From: Candidatus Micrarchaeota archaeon
GTDB taxonomy: Archaea > Micrarchaeota > Micrarchaeia > Anstonellales > Bilamarchaeaceae
Direction: 5' to 3'
Length of the DNA: 10,085 nt
Assembly (NCBI GenBank): GCA_041694885.1
Contig: JBGFRX010000001.1
Coordinates: forward strand, 1-10,085
Shown here: positions 1 through 5,688 of the stretch, one piece after another
How the letters are laid out: the number at the start of each line of letters is the position of its first letter
How positions within the stretch are numbered: the stretch's first letter is position 1
Program-made: the position numbers and the translations under genes
Notes under the pieces: model-generated
Databases searched by the model: none
Told to the model about the DNA's origin: nothing
What the model saw: the letters and a program-made list of their open reading frames with translations, nothing else

Positions 1-700
1 TGTCAGCGTTGTCGTAGCCGCTTCCGAAATAAAGACCTCCCGCGGAGCCACAGGCCTCAATGCAGTTGAGTCTATTCGAAATCGCGCTCCCGTCGATGGA
101 AAACGCAGCAAAGGCTTTGACCGCGCTGAACGGCCCGAAGTAGCTGTACGAGGCCGAGCCCAGGCGTATGCCAATATTACACGAACGGATATAAACCTTA
201 GATATCTCTCCGCCGCTGAAATCGCCAGCGATCCAAATCCCAGTGGCTGCGCTACCGGTGTAGCATCTAATGTAAAGCGGCGAAGATCCTCCGGCACCAA
301 TGAAGCAGTTCCTGCAACTTACATGCGAGTAGATTCCTGCGGCTGGACCTGGCAATATGTGCCCTACCTCCACTCTGCCGGTCGCATAGATCTCTACGTC
401 ATGAGCGTAGGTTTTATTCTCGAAAGGCACGATTGCTATGACTGGCCAGGGATTCAGTTGTGTTATTGAATAGCTTCCTAGGTTATACTTTCCGGGTTTG
501 CAAATGTATATCGCTGGCTCTAAAGTATTACTGCAGTCCAAATCTCTATCCAAAGACACTCCTGGAGGGGCGCAATACCCGCACTTCCAGGTCGTCGAAT
601 TTTTTGCACTTATATTGATATCGTATGTGGGTACGGATGTGGCTACAGATGTAAATGTAAAAAACAGGAGCACGGCAAATGCAATTTTCGCGGAGAGCAT
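1..700 (-). CDS. Secreted/surface protein with probable right-handed parallel beta-helix (NosD/pectin lyase-like) repeats; 3' end outside the window
   Basis: Manual translation gives an open frame from ATG 700 to the window edge (at least 233 aa): MLSAKIAFAVLLFFTFTSVATSVPTYDINISAKNSTTWKCGYCAPPGVSLDRDLDC...AAGIYSH...ATGIWIAG...SCNIGIRLG...GGLYFG. It has a signal-peptide-like N-terminus, recurring GI(Y/W/R)x strands, 10 Cys and NIS/NST/NKT sequons. A TATA box lies about 25 nt upstream. An alternative in-frame ATG is at 754. Confidence 0.8.
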   Translation of the reverse strand, partial: MLSAKIAFAVLLFFTFTSVATSVPTYDINISAKNSTTWKCGYCAPPGVSLDRDLDCSNTLEPAIYICKPGKYNLGSYSITQLNPWPVIAIVPFENKTYAHDVEIYATGRVEVGHILPGPAAGIYSHVSCRNCFIGAGGSSPLYIRCYTGSAATGIWIAGDFSGGEISKVYIRSCNIGIRLGSASYSYFGPFSAVKAFAAFSIDGSAISNRLNCIEACGSAGGLYFGSGYDNAD

Positions 701-719
701 CGCGTAGGAGAAGGGCGAT

Positions 720-733
720 AATATATATAAAAT
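720..733 (-). promoter_or_regulatory. TATA box for the surface protein gene (leaderless-type spacing)
   Basis: Minus strand reads TTTTATATATAT about 21-32 nt upstream of ATG 700. Confidence 0.55.
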
Positions 734-954
734 TAATGCCCGATGTAGCAACATAGCTTAGAAGAAGTAAAAATAGGATAACAGCAGGAAAATTCCGCAT
801 TCTGGAGCCCGCGCTGCTTACCCTGCTTTCCGTAATCGCGAATTACGCGAATTTCCCTAGGATGGAGCGAGCAGAAAAGGAGAAAGAGCGAAAGGAAAAT
901 GCGGAAAAATGCGCACATGGGAAATAGTCGCAATCCGGCACTAAATTGTTTTCG

Positions 955-975
955 GTATTATATGCTAAGGAGTTG
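955..975 (+). promoter_or_regulatory. Putative TATA-like element and SD for guaAA
   Basis: TATTATAT at 956-963 and AAGGAG at 967-972, ahead of ATG 981. Confidence 0.4.
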
Positions 976-980
976 ATTGC

Positions 981-1556
981 ATGATCATAATTATAGACAA
1001 CGGTTCGCAGTACACCCATCTCATAAAACGGAATTGCATGAACATGGACTTCGAAACCGGGATAATGAACAGTAAGGTTCAGCTTGACGAAGTAATTGCG
1101 AAAAAGCCCGAAAAAATAATTTTGAGCGGCGGCCCGGGCTCGGTTTACGCACCAGAGGAAAAGGAGAGGGTGAGCGAAAAAGTAGTTAAGGCGGTTTTCG
1201 GAAAGAAACCTGACGTTCCTTTGCTCGGAATCTGCTTCGGCCATCAGATGATCGGGCATGCTTTGGGCGGAAAGGTGGAGAAAGGGAAAAGCGCGGAATA
1301 CGGAATTGCCAAAATCACCGTGGACAGGGAGGGGACGCTGCTGAAAGGCGTGCCGCGCGAATTCAATGCATGGGTCAGCCATTTCGATGAGGTTAAGATT
1401 GTTCCGAACGGTTTCGAGGTTCTGGCGCACTCAAACACGTGCGGTATTGAGGCGATGGAGAACGCGGAGAAAAAAATTTTTTCAGTTCAGTTCCACCCCG
1501 AGGTCTGGCATACTGAAAACGGAGAAGTTATTCTGCGGAATTTCCTGAAAAGCTAG
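981..1556 (+). CDS. guaAA: GMP synthase (glutamine-hydrolysing) subunit A, class I glutamine amidotransferase
   Basis: 191 aa with IDNGSQY, ILSGGP, LLGICFGHQ (catalytic Cys), SHFDEV and VQFHPEV (His-Glu). A stand-alone GATase subunit is typical of archaea. Confidence 0.95.
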   Translation: MIIIIDNGSQYTHLIKRNCMNMDFETGIMNSKVQLDEVIAKKPEKIILSGGPGSVYAPEEKERVSEKVVKAVFGKKPDVPLLGICFGHQMIGHALGGKVEKGKSAEYGIAKITVDREGTLLKGVPREFNAWVSHFDEVKIVPNGFEVLAHSNTCGIEAMENAEKKIFSVQFHPEVWHTENGEVILRNFLKS

Positions 1557-1778
1557 ATGGATTTCATCGCGAAGAAAAAAATGGAAGTTCTGCCAATAAA
1601 CGTATGCTACTCTGCTAAGGTGCCGAAACGGGAGTTTGAGGGGTTGTTTGCATTCTGCTCCAAAAACAGGGTGAAGGAGGCAACGCTGCTGTCGCTTGGG
1701 AAAAATTTTGAGGAGGAGAAGGAAGGCGTAAAAATAAGGGTAACCAACATGGAGGAATGGTTTGGAAAATACTTATAG
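1557..1778 (+). pseudogene. 73-aa orphan fragment resembling the C-terminal restriction-endonuclease-like tail of AAA_14/DUF4143 ATPases
   Basis: MDFIAKK...LPINVCY...KREFEGLFAF...ATLLS...EEEKEGVKIRVTNMEEWF follows the recalled pattern E(V/I)DF...(Q/N)VCY...RExxxL...EEE..G.KI..IPxxxWL. No ATPase domain lies upstream. Confidence 0.6.
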
Positions 1779-2732
1779 TACTCTCGCTTTCCTTCCGTCA
1801 AAATAAACCGTCTCCTCGAACCTCACGCCGAAATCCTTGAAATAAGCTGCGGGCTCTATCGCCATCGCCGTTCCCTTCAATCCGTCATTGTATTTCTTAT
1901 TCAGGCGGGGATATTCGTGGATATCCAGCCCAAGCCCATGGCCTATGGAATGTACTGGCTTTGGCAATCTGCATTTGGAAAACAATTTTTCCGAAAAGAG
2001 CGCAACATCCTTCCCTGTTCTGAAATCCGGAAACGCATCGATGATTTCGTAAAATATATTCTGCATTTTTTCATACGCATCGCGCACTTCCCTTTTCGGT
2101 TTATTCGTTCCGGAAAAAAATACGCGCGAGATGTCCGAGCAATAGTTTCCGTATTTTACTCCGTAATCAATCAGGGCAAAATCCCCTATCCCGGAATGCG
2201 CGGGTTTGTAATGCGGAAATGCGCTGTGCATCCCCGAACCGACGATCGGATCAAAGGCCGGCCTGAGCCCTTTTTCGAAAGTGCGCGCCAGCAGCCAGTC
2301 GGCCGTTTGTTTTTCTTTTTTGAACCTGGAAATTTCGATTTCTGAAAATATTTTCCTGGTGAAGGAAACCGCCTTTCTTATTTTTTCTATTTCTTCCGGC
2401 TTTTTTCTTGCGCGCATTTCCAGAAACCGCTCCGAGGCGTCCCTCGTTTTTGCAACCTTCCTTATCTTGTCGTAAATTTTCGCGGGCAGGGAGGAATAGT
2501 CGAGCGAAAGCTCCTTTCCTTTCACGAGCATGGCCATTTCCTCGAGCGGCTTTTTGTACGAGATAATTTTTCCCCTGAAGGAAAACTTCGCAGCCCGCTC
2601 GTTCAGTTTTGGGACAAAGAGGGCCTTTTCGTTTTCCAGCTCAAGATAGAATGAGTTATCCACATCGATTTTGGAAAAATAATAGAAGTTCGCGTCGAAT
2701 TCGTTTCCGCGGAACAGGAGCATGTTTTCCAT
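1773..2732 (-). CDS. M24 family Xaa-Pro peptidase (prolidase/aminopeptidase P-like)
   Basis: Metal-ligand motifs DYGVKYGNYCSDISR, HSIGHGLGLDIHE, AIEP and GVRFEE, plus SAFPH. Start placed at ATG 2732, 4 nt after the dph6 stop; the ORF track start is 2753. Confidence 0.92.
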   Translation of the reverse strand: MENMLLFRGNEFDANFYYFSKIDVDNSFYLELENEKALFVPKLNERAAKFSFRGKIISYKKPLEEMAMLVKGKELSLDYSSLPAKIYDKIRKVAKTRDASERFLEMRARKKPEEIEKIRKAVSFTRKIFSEIEISRFKKEKQTADWLLARTFEKGLRPAFDPIVGSGMHSAFPHYKPAHSGIGDFALIDYGVKYGNYCSDISRVFFSGTNKPKREVRDAYEKMQNIFYEIIDAFPDFRTGKDVALFSEKLFSKCRLPKPVHSIGHGLGLDIHEYPRLNKKYNDGLKGTAMAIEPAAYFKDFGVRFEETVYFDGRKARVL

Positions 2733-2736
2733 TTTA

Positions 2737-3369
2737 TCAAGCCAAGTGCGCATTCTTTATTTCCGCTACCCCTCTTACGCCGTCCCAGTGGACTTTCCAC
2801 TTATCTATTTTTATGCGCCTGGAAAAGAAGGGCGCATTCGCGACGAACGTTTCGCCTTCCCCCCCTTCCAAGAAAGGATGGATGTTTTTGGGCGCTTTTT
2901 CCACTAAAAAGGAAAATGGCTTTGCAAGGAATTCCGGGCCGAGCCCTTCAGCGGAAACCGCGACCACGTAAATTTCGAAATAAGAAAGCATTTCGTTCAT
3001 CAGAATTTTTTCCTTGTGCCAGAGAGGTGAATAGGTCGCGATTCCCAGGTTTTCCCCTATCTGCTCTATTCTCTGCCTTTGATAATCCGAAGCAACAGCA
3101 CCTGTGAAAACAGCGTCAGCGCCTGTTTCCGCAATTGTTTTTTCCAGGCTCCCGAGTTCCTTTTCCTTCGGAGCCCTGATTACAAAATGCGGAAGAGCTA
3201 TTGCCTGCGCCTGTAATTTTGTCCAGCGCACATTAGGGTGGTGGAACATAAAGGAGTGGGGCTCGGGCTCGATTGTAACCATGGTTACATCGAATCCCCG
3301 GGACATCGCGCAGAAAACCGAGAAAATACTGTCCTTCCCTCCTGAAAAGAGGCAAATCGCTTTTTTCAT
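2737..3369 (-). CDS. dph6: Diphthine--ammonia ligase (diphthamide synthase, PP-loop ATPase)
   Basis: 210 aa with LFSGGKDS PP-loop, SFMFH, GAVASDYQRQRIE, SPLWH and EGGEGETFV. Confidence 0.92.
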   Translation of the reverse strand: MKKAICLFSGGKDSIFSVFCAMSRGFDVTMVTIEPEPHSFMFHHPNVRWTKLQAQAIALPHFVIRAPKEKELGSLEKTIAETGADAVFTGAVASDYQRQRIEQIGENLGIATYSPLWHKEKILMNEMLSYFEIYVVAVSAEGLGPEFLAKPFSFLVEKAPKNIHPFLEGGEGETFVANAPFFSRRIKIDKWKVHWDGVRGVAEIKNAHLA

Positions 3370-3370
3370 A

Positions 3371-3462
3371 TTGTGGTAACATTATGAAACCGTTTATAAA
3401 CATAACTAAACCGGGTTCGGCAATGAACGTATGGGAAGGGATTTAAAACGTTTTAACCACAA
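3371..3462. promoter_or_regulatory. AT-rich divergent promoter region
   Basis: Palindromic GTTTATAAAC at 3392-3401 lies 23-32 nt upstream of the dph6 ATG (minus). TTTAAAA at 3442-3448 (plus) overlaps the 14-bp palindrome TTAAAACGTTTTAA at 3443-3456. Confidence 0.6.
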
Positions 3463-3499
3463 ATAATAACAGAAAAATAAAAAAACGTTTGGATTGCTG

Positions 3500-3589
3500 A
3501 TGCGTATGGATAAAAAGAGAAGAAGCGGTGCGAATAGAGGTAAGCCAAAAAAGAGATGGAAGCGAAGGGCTGACGAACGGCGTAGATGA
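3500..3589 (+). CDS. Candidate 29-aa highly basic microprotein, possibly eL41 (eS32)-like
   Basis: MRMDKKRRSGANRGKPKKRWKRRADERRR*, 16/29 K+R. It is the first ATG-initiated ORF after the plus-strand TATA, and its stop overlaps the next ORF start as ATGA (3586-3589). Below the ORF-track length cut-off. Confidence 0.4.
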   Translation: MRMDKKRRSGANRGKPKKRWKRRADERRR

Positions 3590-3972
3590 TTATGGAAAAA
3601 ATGCAAAAACGCGAAACGCAGGGTTTGCTGTTTACCCTTCCTGAAAAGGCGAAGAAGCAGCTTGGCGGGATTCCGCTTCTCGATCGCATAGTAAAGGGCA
3701 ACCCGCTCGAAATTTTGAGGAAATACGGACTTGATTTCGACGGACGCATAAAATTGTCTGCGGACGAGGCAAATAAGGTGAGCGAAACCGAATTGCGCCA
3801 TTGGTTCTGGAGTTTGCAAAGAAACGAGGATATCAGAATGGCGATACGGTTCTGCTCGCTGCTGCTCAAAAAGCGTGCTGCGCGCGAATTCCTTTACTCC
3901 ATGGACTTGTCTCCTGAGTTTGGAAATGAGGCGGCAAAAGCGCTGGGCAAAAACCGGGAAACAGAAGGATGA
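3586..3972 (+). CDS. Hypothetical protein, 128 aa, probably alpha-helical
   Basis: Fills the gap up to the convergent permease stop, with K/E/L-rich composition like neighbouring genes. No recognised motif. Start could also be 3592 or 3601. Confidence 0.7.
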   Translation: MIMEKMQKRETQGLLFTLPEKAKKQLGGIPLLDRIVKGNPLEILRKYGLDFDGRIKLSADEANKVSETELRHWFWSLQRNEDIRMAIRFCSLLLKKRAAREFLYSMDLSPEFGNEAAKALGKNRETEG

Positions 3973-3973
3973 A

Positions 3974-5248
3974 TCAGAATACCTTGGCGAATTCGAGGGT
4001 TGAAAGCAGCGCGATAATGTACATCACCGGATGAATTTCTTTTCCTCTTCCTGTGACCCATTTTAGGAATATGTATGCAATGGAACCAACGCCTATCCCA
4101 TTTGAAATCGAAAACGTAAACGGTATTGTAGCGACTGTCATGAGCGCTGGAATCATCACGGTCTTGTCCCTGAGGTCTATAAATCTTACCTGAAGGAACA
4201 TCATCTCCCCGACTATTATCATCACCGGCGCAGCTGCCTCTATCGGAATGGCTTTTATGAGCGGGAACATGAAAATGGAGAGGAAAAACAAGGCAGCTAT
4301 GAAAATTGCCGTGAGACCTGTCCTTCCTCCTGCTTCTATTCCCGAAGCGCTTTCAAGGTAGGTTACTGTGGAGCTCGTTCCCAGCGACGCGCCGACCATT
4401 CCGCCTATTGCGTTTACCCCCATTATCTTATCTGTTTCTTCAGGTTTCTTTCCTGCTTTTTTCCCCACCCTGGTGTTCAGCGCGGTTATTGTCCCGAAAA
4501 CATCGAGGAAGGTTATTATGAAGAGCGACCATATTACCGGGAAAAGCGCAGGATGCGCTATTGATCCGAACTCTGCCTTGAAGAATACGCTGGAAATGTC
4601 AGGCGGCACCTCAAATATCTTTTCCGGAAGCGGAGCGAAGCCGGTGAGCATTGCAAGAACAGCGGTTGCAAGTACTCCGAGGAACATCCCTCCTTTCACG
4701 TTGCGGGAGACGAGAGCTGCAGTTATGAAAAACCCGGCTATGGAGATGAGTGCGGGGCCTTTTGTGAGGTCTGCAATGGAAACGAGGGTGCTTTCGCTGG
4801 ATTGTATGAAATGTGCGTTCTGCATTCCTATGAACACGAGGAAAAGCCCGAGCCCTGCAATCAATGCGTGCCTGAAGGACTCCGGAATTGCTTTGGAAAG
4901 GTTCAGACGCGAGAGCGCGAGAAGGAGGATGAGTGCCTGCGACGCGAATACTGCTGCGAGCGCGACTTCCCACCTGAAACCCATCGTCCTGACTATGGAG
5001 TAGGAGAAATAGCCGTTCAGCCCCATCCCTGCTGCGAGCGCGAACGGTTTGTTCGTGAAAATCCCCATAAGAAGAGTGGCAATTCCTGCTGAAAGTGCTG
5101 TTGCGACGAAAACAGCGTCGTATTCCATTCCGGCATCCGAGAGGAATTTCGGGTTTATCGCGAGAATGTAGGAAAGGGTAAGGAAGGTGGTTAGTGCTGC
5201 TATGAATTCGGTCTTCAGGTCTGTCCTGTGCTTTTTCAGGTCGAACAC
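3974..5248 (-). CDS. NCS2 family, AzgA/PbuG-type adenine/guanine/hypoxanthine permease
   Basis: TEFIAALTTFLTLSYILAINP, LAAGMGLNGYF and GTSSTVTYLESASGIEAGGRTGLTA motifs with many hydrophobic segments. Start placed at GTG 5248 because family similarity begins there and a TATA lies about 25 nt upstream. Confidence 0.93.
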   Translation of the reverse strand: MFDLKKHRTDLKTEFIAALTTFLTLSYILAINPKFLSDAGMEYDAVFVATALSAGIATLLMGIFTNKPFALAAGMGLNGYFSYSIVRTMGFRWEVALAAVFASQALILLLALSRLNLSKAIPESFRHALIAGLGLFLVFIGMQNAHFIQSSESTLVSIADLTKGPALISIAGFFITAALVSRNVKGGMFLGVLATAVLAMLTGFAPLPEKIFEVPPDISSVFFKAEFGSIAHPALFPVIWSLFIITFLDVFGTITALNTRVGKKAGKKPEETDKIMGVNAIGGMVGASLGTSSTVTYLESASGIEAGGRTGLTAIFIAALFFLSIFMFPLIKAIPIEAAAPVMIIVGEMMFLQVRFIDLRDKTVMIPALMTVATIPFTFSISNGIGVGSIAYIFLKWVTGRGKEIHPVMYIIALLSTLEFAKVF

Positions 5249-5268
5249 GAAGCGATTTGAACAACAAT

Positions 5269-5278
5269 CATTATAACT
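5269..5278 (-). promoter_or_regulatory. TATA-like box for the permease
   Basis: Minus strand GTTATAAT at 5277-5270, 22-29 nt upstream of GTG 5248. Confidence 0.5.
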
Positions 5279-5315
5279 ATTGCTAAGCAAATACGATTGC
5301 GTTCAGGGTGTTTGC

Positions 5316-5684
5316 ATGGTTATATTGGTCGACTTGGGTTCGTTGGAAAATAACTTCGACAGCTGCGTAAAGACCTTCAACCAGCTGAGCAAAAAAAAGA
5401 GCGAAGCCAATATGCAGAAGATCGCTGAAATCCACCGCTACCTAGTGGATATGGACGCATCCGCTGCTGCGCTTCTGAAAAACGAGTGGAACAAGGCAAA
5501 GCCGGACAACGAAGCGATAAAACGCATAGAACATCTTCGCAAAGGGATAAACGTGCTGCAAAGCGAAATAGCCACGTATAAGGCGGACTATGAAAAGAGC
5601 CGCGTGCCGCAAAAGGTTCTGGGCAAAAACGAAGCGTTGAAAGAGGAGTTCGAAAAGAAGAAACCGCTTCTTTCTGCGAAATGA
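5316..5684 (+). CDS. Hypothetical charged helical/coiled-coil protein, 122 aa
   Basis: ATG 5316 is preceded by SD-like AGGGTG. K/E-rich sequence ending 4 nt before alaS, so probably co-transcribed. Confidence 0.75.
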   Translation: MVILVDLGSLENNFDSCVKTFNQLSKKKSEANMQKIAEIHRYLVDMDASAAALLKNEWNKAKPDNEAIKRIEHLRKGINVLQSEIATYKADYEKSRVPQKVLGKNEALKEEFEKKKPLLSAK

Positions 5685-5688
5685 TCTC

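Noticed and set aside
831..853. Short hairpin CGTAAT/ATTACG and tandem CGCGAATT
   Set aside because: Too short to distinguish from chance, and not part of an array.
862..927. Plus-strand mini-ORF MERAEKEKERKENAEKCAHGK and the opposite-strand hydrophobic ORF 733..933
   Set aside because: Low-complexity purine-rich tract with no clear promoter, SD or coupling.
843..1430. 195-aa antisense ORF over guaAA, plus similar shadows over the peptidase, dph6, permease and PGI genes
   Set aside because: They overlap well-supported genes in other frames or on the other strand and carry no motifs.
1554..1556. Genome-wide amber recoding (pyrrolysine or an alternative code)
   Set aside because: TAG also ends alaS at its expected C-terminus, and no conserved gene in the window has an internal TAG.
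3406..3869. Two minus-strand ORFs (137 and 138 aa)
   Set aside because: F/S/L-rich mirror of purine-rich plus-strand DNA. They run through the promoter region and conflict with 3586..3972.
5249..5315. ORF-track N-terminal extensions (permease from 5290, hypothetical from 5280; likewise 9125, 9543 and 10064)
   Set aside because: The extensions cross TATA boxes or neighbouring genes. The downstream starts fit SD/TATA spacing or family N-termini better.
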